Positions 36,112 to 48,473 of a stretch of 64,000 nt of DNA are shown here, one piece after another. The stretch covers positions 10,974,001 through 11,038,000 of the forward strand of contig NC_086108.1 of NCBI RefSeq assembly GCF_963921235.1, in the 5' to 3' direction. The DNA comes from Mobula hypostoma. Its lineage: Eukaryota. Both the position numbers and the translations under genes were made by a program. The stretch's first letter is position 1. Each line of letters starts with the position of its first letter. The notes under the pieces are model-generated. The model had not been told where the DNA came from. It worked only from the letters and a program-made list of their open reading frames with translations, and did no database searches.

Positions 36112-36805
36112 AGATTAGATTAGATTAGATTAGATTATGAGGACACACAGTCCTCTTTTATTGTCATTTATTAATGCATGCATTAAGAAATGGTACAATG
36201 TTCCTCCGGTGTGATATCACAGAAACACAAGACAGACCAAGACTGAAAAACTGACAAAAATCACATAATTATAACATATAGTTACAACAGTGCAAGTAAT
36301 ACCGTAACTTGATGAAGAACAGGCCATGGGCACGGTAAAAAAAGTTCAAAGTCTCTCGAAAGTCCCATTATCTCATGCAGACGGGAGAAGGAAGAAAACT
36401 CTCCTCCTGCCATGAGCATCCAGTGCCGCAAACTTGCCGATGCAGCATCCTGGAAGCACCCGACCACAGTCCGACTCTTGAGTCCGTCCGAAAACTTCGA
36501 GCCTCCGACCAGCCCTCTGACACCAAGCACCAAGCACCATCTCTGCTGAGCGCTTCGATCCCAGCCCCGGCCGCCAGCAATAGGAAAAGCCAAGGATTTG
36601 GGGCCTTCCTTCCGGAGATTCTGAATCGCACAGTAGCAGTGGCAGCGAACCGGGCATTTCAGAAGTTTCTCCAGATGTTCCTCCGTGCTTCTCACATCTG
36701 TCTCCATCAACTCAGAATTGTGCATGGCCCTCTATTTAACAAATACGATATAATTTCACTGGAGAGGCCGTGCGCGCTGCGTCGTGTCGCCATCTTCTCC
36801 TCCCA
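36112..36805 (-). mobile_element. Non-autonomous element of the GAGAAGATGGCG family with an (ATCTA)n tail
   Basis: (TAGAT)n at 36111-36136; CGCCATCTTCTCC at about 36788-36800; AAATAG on both sides; homolog of 14287-14910. Confidence 0.8.
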
Positions 36806-37214
36806 CTCTAAATAGAGTCTATAGTCCAAAGTCCACATCCAAAATGCAGAAAAAACCTGGTCAATACTCTCCAGGCCTGGACACAGCAGCAAGCTCTCCC
36901 CTCTCTGGTACAAAACAACCGACCAAAAGGCAGGCAGTCGATGCTCACGCTCTGCACTCGCTTCAATGCGTCAGTCTCCCTCGTTGCTTTAATTGCTGAA
37001 CAATGGGAGAAGTGGGACAAATGAGAGTCTGTGGGACAAGTGGGCATAACAGACGAAGACCATGGAGGTGTTTGAGGACAAGACTGGGAAGCTGAACATG
37101 GTGGCTTTGGTTAATTGGAAGCTGGTATTGGTGACAGAGCAGTGCCAAACACATCATCCTTCACAGCCACTCAATGTGTCCATTAATTGCTCACTAAACT
37201 GTCATAAGACATTA

Positions 37215-38110
37215 TAGTATAAGATACAGGAGCAGAATTAGGCATTGGGGCCATCTAGTCTGCTCCACCATTTCATCACGACTGATCCATTTTACCTCTC
37301 AGCACCAAACTTTCGCCTTCTCCCCGTATCCCTTCATGCCCTGACCAATCAGGAATCTAAGAAATCTCTGCCTTAAACACACACAAAGATTTGGCCTCCA
37401 CAGCTGCCTGTGGCAATGAATTCCACAGATTCACTACTGGTTAAAGAAATTCCTCCTCATCTTTGTTCTAAATGGACGTCACTCTATTTTGAAGCTTAGT
37501 GTCCTCTGGTTGTCGACTTCCCACCATAAGGAACAGCCTCTCCAGATCCACTCAATCAAAGCTTTTCAAATTTCAATAGGTTTCAATGAGATTGCCCCTC
37601 ATCCTTCTGAATTCCAGTAAGTACAGGCCCAGAGTCATCAAACACTCCTCATATGACAAGCCTTTCAATCCAAGAATCATTCTTGTGAACCTCCTTTGAA
37701 CCCTCTCCAATGTCAGAACATCCCTTTTAAGGTAAGGAACCCAATGCTCTCAATACACCAAGTGAGGCTTCACCTATGCTTTATAAAGTCTCAGTTGCAT
37801 CCTTGCTTTTATATTCTACTCCTCTGGAAATGGATGCTAACATTGCATTTACCTTCCTCACCACAGACTCAACCCACAAATGAACCTTTTAGGGAATCCT
37901 GCACGAGGACTCCCAAGTCCCTTTGCACCTCAGATTTTGGAATTTTCTTTTCATTTAGAAAATAGTACACAATTCCATTTGTTCTACCAAAGTGCATGAC
38001 CATGCCCTTCCCAACCCTATATTCCATCTGCTACTTCTTTGCCAAATCTCCTAATCAGCCTAAGTCCTTCTGTAGCCTCTCTACTTCCTAAAAACTACCT
38101 GTCCCACTCC
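37215..38110 (-). mobile_element. CR1 3' portion, degenerate
   Basis: Collinear with the young CR1 copies (TTCTTGTGAACCTCCTTTGAACCCTCTCCAATG). Confidence 0.8.
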
Positions 38111-38169
38111 CTCACTTACTCAGTTATTTCACTTCCCAGCGTGCCCGTAATCTACTCTTATAAACTTAA

Positions 38170-38600
38170 GCAACACACTCAAACTACTGGAGGAACTCAG
38201 CAGGTCAGGCAGCATCTATGGAAATGAATAAACAATCGAAGTTTTGGACCGAGACTCTTCTTTGGATCGAAAAGGAAGGGGGAAGGTGGCAGAATAAAAA
38301 AGATGGGGGGAAGGGAATGAAGCTAGCTGAAAGGTGATAGGTGAAGCCAGGCGGAGAAGAAGGAATCTGATAGGAGAGGAGGGTGGACCATAGGAGAAAG
38401 GAAAGGAGGAAGGTGCCTGAGGGTAGGTGATAGGCCAGAGAGAAGAAGTGAAAGGTCAGAGTGGGGAATGGGGAGGGTGAATTGTTCACCAGAATGAGAA
38501 ATTGATGCTCGTGCCATCAGGTTGGAGGCTACCCAGATGGAATATAAAGTGCGGCTCCTCCATCCTGAGGGTGGCCTCACCATGGCATAAGAGGAGGCCA
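38170..38600 (-). mobile_element. PLE 3' portion, degenerate; a second piece lies at about 38870-39060
   Basis: Terminal motif CTGGAGGAACTCAGCAGGTCAGGCAGCATC and CCATCAGGTTGGAGGCTACCCAGA. Confidence 0.75.
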
Positions 38601-39609
38601 TTGATTCTTTTAAAATTCCATCCTTACTGGAATACATGGTAGTTGCCCACACATGACATCTCCCCCCACCACACAAGGGAGAGAGTAAGGCTGATCTCGG
38701 AAGGATAACTGCTGGCAGATTTTATACAATCTGCCGAAGGTATCAGTGTTCCAGGTCTTTCCACTCACTCTGCCTATCGTGTGAGGGGGTAGATTCTGCC
38801 TCACTGTGCCAGGAAAGGCTAGGAGGAGATGGGCTGAAGGTCCTGGACTTGTGTCTCGTTGACGTAGAAAGGGAAGAAGGAGAGGACCCAGGGGGAGGTG
38901 ATCGGCAGGTGAGAAGGGGTAAAAGGTCAGAGTATGGGGAGGGGGTGAACTTTGTTTACTGGAAAGAGAAATCAATATATTCATGCCATCAGCTTAGAGG
39001 CTATCCAGATGGAATGTAGGTGTTGCTCTTTCACACTGAGAGTGGCCTCATCTTGGCCACGTTTGGAGCACTGGCAGGTGTGGAATGCAACCGCTTATTA
39101 TAGAAGAAGAGAATTATGTTGCCTGGCCATCCATCGCTCAGGGCATAATGAAATTCTGCACCAGAGTGAAACTGTCCGTTTGATTTGCAAAGGGCATAAT
39201 TTGTTCCTTCACTCTCAGCAATAATGGGTTTCAGCTTGTCTTTTTTCAATAATATTCTATTACCAGACTATTTACAATACAGAGAGCCTTTATTGGCATT
39301 CTGCAAACATCTGTGATAATATTCGACTCCCATTAAAAATATACTGTCAGTGTGATTACAGGGGCCTGGATGCACATCGCGCTGTCTATCAATTAAACGG
39401 CACCTTTCTGATTCTAACCCACTTTATTTATCAATGATGATTACTTGCTCGCAGACACCCTGTTACACAACCTGGCGCCATGGGAGCAGAATTGTAAATG
39501 CGCTGTCTCCCCAGACATCCCTATGCTGAGAGGGCGTGTGAAGTGTTAGCCTCGAGTTCAAGAGCTGTGAGGTAATGTTGCAACTTCATAAGACCCTGGG
39601 TAGGTCACA

Positions 39610-39895
39610 CTTCCTCCAAGAGCAGCACAACCTCGCTGGAGGGCTTGGAGGCTTGCGTGCCTCAATGACCCGGAGAGATAGGCAGGCTGGAGTCAGGGTC
39701 TTGTGCTTTGGCTCTTGGTCGGGGTCACCCATGCCAAACAGGTCAAAGGCGAAAGGACAGACTAAGAGTGGGCCTCTGGTCATCCAGGTCAGAAGGTTGG
39801 GCTCGGGGCTACCAAACCTGACTGGTCAAAAAGAAGGTTCCGGAATCAACAACGAAGAATCCTGCTCTACAGACCGCGATGGAGGACCCCCGGTG
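39610..39895 (+). mobile_element. RTE-type non-autonomous 5' segment inside a CR1 3' end (39550-40155)
   Basis: GGAGGCTTGCGTGCCTCAATGACCC..GGCTGGAGTCAGGG..CACCCATGCCAAACAGGTCAAAGG, homologous to 24385-24490(-). Confidence 0.65.
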
Positions 39896-40165
39896 GAAAT
39901 AGCATCATTTTAAGGTGATTGGGTGGTGGTGGGGGTGGGGGAATGTCAGAGGTAGTTTTTTTACACAGTGAGTGGTGGCTGCACGAGGATGGTGATAGAG
40001 TTAGATACATCAGGGGCACTTAAGAAACGCACAGGCACATGGATGAAAGAAAATGCAGGTTGATGTTAGAGGAAAGGGTCTCGGAGTAGGTTTAGAGGTT
40101 TTGGCACAACATCATGGACTGAAGGGCCCATACTGTGCTCAGTTCTGTGTTCTACCTCAGTTCTA

Positions 40166-40449
40166 GTGTGTGGGAGTATTTGCTCACAGGGTTCGTGTGA
40201 AGCGTCTAGCGCAGTAGTGTAGCGGTGCTTGTAGTTAGTGCATGCTGCATACTGTATGCCGCACAGTGCTCTCTGCTTACAGCTATTGCCACTGGCTAGC
40301 CTTCTTAACAGAGGGTGAAAAGAGGAGCCGAGTGTGTAAGCCTCCTCCTGCCAGTACAGAGCCTCTCCACCACCAAGATTCCTGCAGTGCCTCCTCGGGG
40401 CCACACACAGAAACTGGGTATCTTACGGTCCCAGGCTAAACTACAGGGG
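40166..40449 (+). ncRNA. HDV-like self-cleaving ribozyme fold at the RTE 5' end
   Basis: P1 GUGUGUG 40166-72 / CACACAC 40402-08; P2 CCUGCAGU 40381-88 / ACUACAGG 40440-47; P3 GCC/GGC around L3 UCCUCGG; P4 CUGGG/CCCAG; J4/2 GCUAA with putative catalytic C40436. Confidence 0.75.
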
Positions 40450-41074
40450 ATCTCGGAGCAGCAGTGGGCCCCAGAGACATGCAGGCCCACCACTGTGTGG
40501 ACACGCCCTGGCGCCCGTCAGCCACTGTCTCAGCTATGGGCAAATAGCCCCACTGCCTTGTGGTAGGTCTGTTGAGACAAGGCTAAGGGAGCACACCCTG
40601 ACAGAAAAGCAATGTGCTGGCGGCGCGCCATAGGCAGGCCTTAACAGACCAAGGACCCGGCAGCCTCCTGCAGCCAAGATGTGGGACCGGTTGTCCTGGC
40701 ACCACCCTTGTCACCGGGATTTACCTCATCGTGGTGAAGATAGTGTTACTGGGGATGGTGCCCCCCCGTGGCACTTTAAAATCTTCCTTGCGCAGGTCTC
40801 CACCTCTGACCGCAGTGAACAATACCTGGACCTTACATATGGTTGAAGTCTGATGGCGATGGAGCTTCTGGGAGCGGGTACAAATGGACGGGGAGCTCTT
40901 AGTCAGAACCCTGCACGGCAACGGCATAGGATATTTGGTCGCTAGCAGCTGGGACTGGGTGGCAGCTGTTTTCAGTAGACCCCTGTGCGACTCAGCAGCC
41001 CTATTTAGGGACCGCACTGCTCACCCCAATTGGGGAAGGGCCTAGAAAAGGTGGCCTAAAAATCATATGGATAG

Positions 41075-44000
41075 GTTACTGCGCCTATCGAGTTATTCCA
41101 CTACTGCAGTCAAAGTAAGAAACAATACAACCTTAAACTGGCAACATGGAATGTAAGGACTCTCCTGGATTCGTGTGGCATCTCTGACAGACCTCACCGG
41201 AGAGCAGCCTTGATCGCTGCTGAGCTGAGGCGCTACAACAGCGACATTGCTGCCCTGAGTGAGACCAGGCTCCTGGATGAGGGCTCTTTAACAGAGGAAG
41301 GGATGGGTTACACCTTCTTCTGGAAAGGTTTTCCCCCAGGTGGACAACATCTCCATGGAGTAGGATTGCCCATCAAGAACACCTTTCTACCAAGTCTCAC
41401 AGAAACACCTGTTGGCATTAGTGAAAGACTAATGACTCTCCGTATCCCCCGGAAAAGCAACATTATACCACGCTTCTCAGTGCCTATGCACCAACTTTGC
41501 CATCTGAAAATGAGGCCAAGGAAGGCTTTTATCAGACATTGGATGAAGCTGTTTGCCGGATCCCTAGGAATGATAAGATCCTTTTGCTTGGGGACTTCAA
41601 CGCTAGGGTGGGCAGAACAACAGGATATAGAGTGGAGTGCTAGGTAGGCATGGTATTGGCAAGGTGAATGCAAATTGCATGAGACTACTTACTCTTTGCT
41701 CTGAACATAACCTTACCACAACCAACACCATCTTCCAGCAGAATGCAAAATATAAGACCTCGTGGATGCACCCTCGCTCTAAACATTGACACATGATTAA
41801 CTTCATCATTGTGAGACGTAGCGACATCAAGGATGTTCTCATCACCCGTGCTGTGAGAGGTGCAGAGTGCTGGACTGACCACCGTATGATTGTGGCCAAG
41901 CTCCATATGAAAGTGCGTCCCCCCTTGCGGCTACAAAAACCTAATAAAAAGTGGCTAAATTGCAACCGCCTGAGAAACACAGAAGCAAGAAGTGAGTTTC
42001 AATGCATCCTAGCTGAGAAACTAAGGGAGTTGGAACCTTGTCTGAGCTCAGAAAATACCATGGAATGACAGTGGACATATATCAGCTCTGCGCTCTATGA
42101 GGTAGCAGCCTAATCCATCGGCTACAAGAGCTGGAACCACCAAGACTGGTTTGACGGTAACTCAGACACCATCCACAACTTGCTTAAGGACATGCACAAA
42201 GCACACCGGGCAACTTTAGACAACCCTTCATCCACCAGTATCAGGCAGCATTGGCAGGCAGCTCGGAGGAAAGTGCAAAAGGCAATATGGGCCATATAAA
42301 ATGTGTGGTGGACTGAAAAGGCACATGAAATCCAGTCCTTTGCCACTAATAATGACATGCATAAATTTACAATGCTGTCAAAACCATCCACGGCCCAATA
42401 AATCAATGCATTACTTCCCTGAAAACAGCAGATGGTCTAACACTTCTGAAGAATCAGAATACCATTCTGCTGAGGTGGGCTGAGCATTTTAACACGCTGC
42501 TTAATCAGGACTCTGATGCAGACCCCACCATCCTGGACAAACTGCCTGAACTTCCTCCTATCCATGACCTCAGTCTACCACCACCCTTGCAGGAGGTTCT
42601 ATCAGCTGTCCATTCCCTTAAGAACAACCAGTCCCCTGGCACTGACAATATCCCTGCTGAGTTACTGAAGAACGGAGGGTACATGTGTATGCACACCCTC
42701 TACCAGTACATCACCAAGGCCTGGACTGATGAGAGCATCCCACAACAATGGAGAAACGCAAACATCGTTGTCATTTATAAGAACAAGGGTGACACGGCCA
42801 TCTGCAGCAATAGTAGGGGCATATCACTCCTTTCTGTTGCTGGAAAGGTCCTGGCTAAGGTGATGCTTCAGAGACTCATCAGCAACATCACTGAGTCAAT
42901 GCTGCCTGAATCACAGTGTGGATTTAGGAAGAACAGGAGCACGATCGACATGTTCTTTACAGCCCAGCAGCTTCAGGAAAGTGCCGGGAGCAACATCAGG
43001 ACCTGTCGACCTCTCCAAAGCATTCGATACTGTGCAAAGAGAGCTCTTATGGGAGGTCCTCCTCAGGTTTGGCTGTCCCAATAAATTTGTTAACATCCTC
43101 CACCAGTTCCACGATGGGATGACTGCTCGGGTGACCATAGGAGGACAAGAGTCCGAGCCCTTCCTTGTATGCACAGGGGTGAGGCAGGGGTGTGTGCTAG
43201 CGCCAGTGCTCTCTAACATCTTCCTCTTGTGTGTTCCCAAGCTTCTCCACAACGAGATTGAAGACAGCAGCGGTGTGGCAGTGGACGTCAGATTAGATGG
43301 CAACCTCTTTGACATCAGGAGGCTCCACGCAACCACCAAACTCCGTAGAGAGCGGGTCCTGGAGCTGCAGTATGCAGACGACTGTGCTCTTGTGGCCCAT
43401 ACTCTGGAGGATCTTCAGACTGTCCTTGATGTGGTGGTGAGAGCGTACAGCAGGATGGCGCTGACTGTCAATACCACCAAGACAGAAGTGGTTTGCCAAT
43501 GGAGTACCAGTCTCCCACCCACTCTACCTGCCTTCACTGTTGGTGATGAAAAGCTGTCAGTAGTGTCATCTTTCAAATACCCGGGGAGTGTTCTCTCTGA
43601 GGATAGCGGCATTTACAACGACATCGAGAGCCACATTAAACAGGCATCAGCTGCCTTTGGGAGACTTCAGCGTAGAGTATTTCAGAACAGGAGCCTTCGT
43701 CCCTCCACAAAGGTCACCGTATACCGAGCGGTTTATGTCACCACCCTCCTTTATAGCTGTGAAGCTTGGGTAACCTACAGCCGTCACATCAAGTCCTTGG
43801 AGCGCTTCCACATAACCTGGGAATTACCTGGCGTGAGCGGGTGCCTCACACTGAAATACTTGTAAAGACCAACTGCAGGAGTATTGAGGCCATGATCACC
43901 CAGTGCCAGCTGCAGTGGCTGGGGCACGTGATAAGGATGCCCCCATGTCTGCTACCCCACAGTGTGTTATACAGCCAGCTACATCATGGTCGATGCTCAG

Positions 44001-44290
44001 CTGGAGGGCTGAAGAAGCACTATAAGGATCAGATGAAGAATGCTTTAAGGAAGTGCAAGATCAGACCTGAGGACCTGGAGGAGGCTGATGCTGACCGTAC
44101 CACTTGGTGACAGCTGTGTAGGGACGGGGTTCATATTCTGGAAATGGAAAGAACAACCAGAAGACAGCAGAAGAGAGCCAGGAGAAATGCAGCCATGGGT
44201 GCTACCACTACCACATATACATGTCCCACCTGCGATAGAGCTTGTGGGTCCAGGATAGGACCAGGACCGGAGAGTCATTAAAGATCTCAC
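41075..44290 (+). pseudogene. RTE single ORF (AP endonuclease plus reverse transcriptase), with frameshifts and stops
   Basis: LATWNVRTLLD..DIAALSETRL..GYTFFWKG; LGDFNARVG; SPGTDNIPAE; RGISLLSVAGK; ESQCGFR; DLSKAFDTV; GVRQGCVLAP; ELQYADD; WLGHVIRM; CPTC. Confidence 0.92.
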
Positions 44291-44721
44291 CGTTAAAGGA
44301 GTGGACGTCTTCATCGGATTTCGATGGACAACCAAAGAAGACGAAGTTCTACCTCCTGAAGTTGGTTCCCTCACCGGCATCTTTTTAAACTGGGGTGGTG
44401 GTGGGGGGTGGGGGGAAGGTTCCAATGAACTGATTGGCCAGGTCAAAGGCCCTGTGTCATATTCAGCAACGCTGATCTGGAGGCTAATCCCTCAGCTCTG
44501 TGGAGGGTATTGATGATGTTTAGTTCTATAATCTGCCATTCTTGAATCTTTCAGAGAACTTTCACTCCATCCTTCCCAGAAGCATTGAGCCTGCTGGCCA
44601 GTGAGGGGAACGTGAATGGGCCTAATTCAATCCAACATCTTCTACAGTGATGTTGGTACTCATTCAGGGGAAGTGGGGTCACTGGGAGAAGCAGCAATTT
44701 ATCCACCTCCAATCACTGATA

Positions 44722-45290
44722 TGGTTCCTTAAAGCTGTTATAGACACAAGGTGCTAGTGTGGACAAGCTCCCACCACCCGTTAAATGTTCCCAACGGCGT
44801 GTGGCTCAAATAGCCTCTGACAACCAAGTCCGGCTCCTGGCCTTCACATGTGGCTTAGCTACTAACTCTAGCCAAACCGTTTCTACAGTCAGGAGAAGGG
44901 TGAAAGGTGGGTTACTGATGCCTTAAAACCAAGCACTTTGGGCAGATGGGGCTTGTTAGTTGTGGTTGGCAGCTCATCAAGGAGAAGGAAGACTCTGATC
45001 TCAAACTTTCATTGCCTTGCGGCTATACCCATTCATGGGGAAGGCTTCAGGAGTAAATCTCAAGGGAAAAATCCAGAGCTGGACTCTCTAAGGCAGTCCT
45101 ACATTGAGTTCAGTGCTGACTGGTAGCTTCTGTGACACTACTGGTGCCAAACTCTATCAATCACTACCATTCTCTTGTGTTCGTCAGAAGCCTGGAAAGG
45201 GGGAGCTTTCTACATGGGCAACAGCTTGCCCTTGATATTGTACTGCCCTAATTTGTACATCCATGGTTAGTCCTGACCAACAGAGGCCTC
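44722..45290 (+). mobile_element. Full-length non-autonomous retroposon (about 570 bp), family of 6225-6639
   Basis: Perfect 13-bp TSD CCAATCACTGATA (44709-44721 / 45291-45303); starts TGGTTCCTTAA and ends GAGGCCTC. Confidence 0.85.
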
Positions 45291-45757
45291 CCAATCACTG
45301 ATACTCACTGAGAGAGAATTGATGCGATCAGTGTCCGGAGTCACAGGTGAATGACCACAGATATCCTCTGTGAAGAATGTTAATAATTATATAGATGCTT
45401 TGCAGGGGATTTCATGTTTTGCCAAGCTCACTTTTTATACACAATAGATGTCACTTGTGAAGATCAAACAGTTGTAAATAAACTTCCAACAGAGAGGTGT
45501 GTAGCTTCTGGTTGTAAACGGGAGCCAGTCTTCAATTCTTAAAACATAAATAACAAGCAGTATTCAGATCGACATTAAAACAAAACACTGTCTATTAAGC
45601 AGTTTTTCAAATGGGCCTCAGACTAGGTGGCTCATACCATGAGACTAAGGCTCAGGAACAGTTATTACTCCTCAAACATCAGGCTCTTGAGTCAGCATTG
45701 ATAATTTCACTCACCAAAGTTCAAAGTAAACTTATTATCAAGGTGTATATACATATA

Positions 45758-46751
45758 TAGAAACATAGAAACATAGAAAGTAGATGCAGGAGTAGGCCAT
45801 TCGGCCCTTCAAGCCTGCACCGCCATTTATTATGATCATGGCTGATCATCCAACTCAGAACCCCGCCCCAGCCTTCCCTCCATACCCCCTGACCTCTGTA
45901 GCCACAAGGGCCATATCTAACTCCCTCTTAAATATAGCCAATGAACTGGCCTCAACTATTTCCTGTGGCAGAGAATTCCACAGATTCACCACTCTCTGTG
46001 TGAAGAAGTTTTTCCTAATCTCGGTCCTAAAAGGCTTCCCCTCTATCCTCAAACTGTGGCCCCTCGTTCTGGACTTCCCCAACATCGGGAACAATCTTCC
46101 TGCATCTAGCCTGTCCAATCCCTTTAGGATCTTATACATTTCAATCAGATCCCCCCTCAATCTTCTAAATTCCAACGAGTACAAGCCCAGTTCATCCAGT
46201 CTTTCTTCATATGAAAGTCCTGCCATCCCAGGAATCAATCTGGTGAACCTTCTTTGTACTCCCTCGATGGCAAGGATGTCTTTCCTCAGATTAGGGGACC
46301 AAAACTGCACACAATACTCCAGGTGTGGTCTCACCAAGACCTTGTACAACTGCAGTAGTACCTCCCTGCTCCTGTACTTGACTTCTCTCGCTATAAATGC
46401 CAGCATACCATTCGCCTTTTTCACCGCCTGCTGTACCTGCATGCCCACTTTCAATGACTGGTGTATAATGACACCCAGGTCTCGTTGCACCTCCCCTTTT
46501 CCTAATCGGCCACCATTCAGATAATAATCTGTTTTTTCTATTTTTGCCACCAAAGTGGATAACTTCACATGTATCCACATTAAATTGCATCTGCCATGAA
46601 TTTGCCCACTCACCCAACCTATCCAAGTCACCCTGCATCCTCTTAGCATCCTCCTCACAGCTGACACTGCCACCCAGCTTCGTGTCATCCGTAAACTTGG
46701 AGATGCTGCATTTAATTCCCTCATCCAAGTCATTAATATATATTGTAAACA
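45758..46751 (-). mobile_element. Young 5'-truncated CR1 (subfamily B)
   Basis: FTIYINDLDEGIKCSISKFTDDTKL; LYKVLVRPHLEYCVQFWSP; (TTTCTATG)n tail. Confidence 0.95.
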
Positions 46752-48473
46752 TTTTTTGTGGGCATACTCAATAAATCTATAGAATAGTAATAATAGCAGA
46801 ATCAATGAAAAATTGCCCAACTTTGGTGTTCAGTCAGGGTTCAGAAGACAACAAACTGTGCAAATACAAAAATAAAGGAATAATAATAAATAAATAGCAA
46901 TAAAGATCAAGAACATGAGATGAAGAATCCTTGAAAGTGAGTCCATTGGTTGTGGGAACATTTCAATGATGGGGCAACTGAAGTTGAGTGAGGTTATCAC
47001 CCTTGATTCAAGAGCCTGATGGTTGAAGGATAATGACCTAGTGGTGTGAGGGCTTTACTCGTGATGGCCTACTCTGATCTGATTCAATGATCTACAGACT
47101 CACTTTCAAGGACTGTGAAGAGATGTAACCAATAGGGCTTCACACCAGGTACTGAAGAACTGGGTGAAGTGTGAGACCAACAGATGACTTCCCTCTATGT
47201 TGGTTTCTTCCCAGAATTTCATTATGATTGTTAAGGCGAAAGCAAAGAAACCAAGGTTTGATTGATTTAAGCACTGGGCTGAGTTTGAATTTTGGGTACA
47301 GGCCAAATCAAGGCAGCGAGGTTCAGGCCTCAGAGCATATTGAAATGACTGATGTTTGGGCGATGATTTAACCACTCAGCCAGGTTGCAAAGGTCAGGGT
47401 GTTGGGGCCCGAGGTGAAGGACTGGCCAGTTCATCTTGCTGTATTTTTTCAGATCTGAGTTGAACTAAGGGTCTGAGGCCAAAGTGTCTTTGTGGGCTTT
47501 GGTTCAGAACATTGTTTGCTTGCATTTACTGTTAACATGATTTGTTTGTTTTTTCTCTGCGCTTTGGGTGTTTGACAAATTTTGGGTTTCTTTGTTTCAT
47601 GGCTGCACGTTAGGAGACAAATCTCAAGGTTGTATATGTACTTTGAACTTTGAACTTTTACCACATCACCATGAAGACTGAAAACTAACCAAGATTTATG
47701 AGTACAGGTTAGGGATGTAGAAACCTCTTCTGGGCCTTCGAGAGTCAGGTCAGCCTGACACTAGTAAACACTTCATCAAAGGCAACACCGGGAACAGGAA
47801 AAAGGTTTCACTTGTTCAATGGCTGAATAATTTAAATTCATCGACTCATTAGTTTGATAAACTGTAAGATGCTTGAGGATCATTAAAGATTTAAGCAGAC
47901 TACACTATCCTTAGCTGGAAGAATTAAAGTTTTGAACCGGTATTTAATATTTAATAAATTGCAGATGCTTCACCTTGTTCATCACCGCTGGTTTATTAGG
48001 GAAAGCTTGCTAATTGGCGTAATGTTCTTAATCACATCAAGGTTGAAAACTCAATTTTTCAGTCCACACATGTTCCATGCAGGGAGTCCACACTCAATGA
48101 GAAAGGTGGGGTTGAGGTGTTTACTGATAAAGTCAAGTCAAGTTTATTATGATTTAACTATATAATGTATACCGCCAAACGAGACATCGTTTCTCCAGAC
48201 TAGGGCATAAAGCACAGTTGTACACATTACACACAGGTAACTCACAATAGCTTAGGGAAGTAAGAATTAAATCTACAAATGAATTACATATAGATCAAAA
48301 AAAGTAAAGTGCATAAATTAAATATTGTGTAGGGTACAGTACAAATTATCCGGTGACACTTTGAATGTGATGCTGTAAGGCATTCAGAAACCTAATGGCC
48401 TGAGGGAGGAAATTGACCATTCTTGTTTTTATGCATCAGAGGCTCCTGCCTGATAGTAAAAAGTCAAGGAGGA

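Larger units (their letters stand above)
40166..44345 (+). mobile_element. Near full-length RTE-clade LINE (about 4.2 kb), decayed
   Basis: About 0.9 kb 5' UTR, then APE, RT and C-terminal Cys motif, then a (GAA/GAC) tail; flanking duplications GTTCTACCTC (40149-40158 / 44346-44355) and AGTTCTA (40159-40165 / 44345-44351). Confidence 0.93.

Noticed and set aside
40500..40595. Second HDV-like ribozyme ending GGCTAAGGGAG
   Set aside because: It resembles antigenomic J4/2-P2, but I could not find P3/L3 or P1; it folds more simply as a long hairpin
45832..46524. 230-aa plus-strand ORF, and similar antisense ORFs over other CR1, PLE and RTE copies
   Set aside because: Antisense shadows of transposon coding sequence
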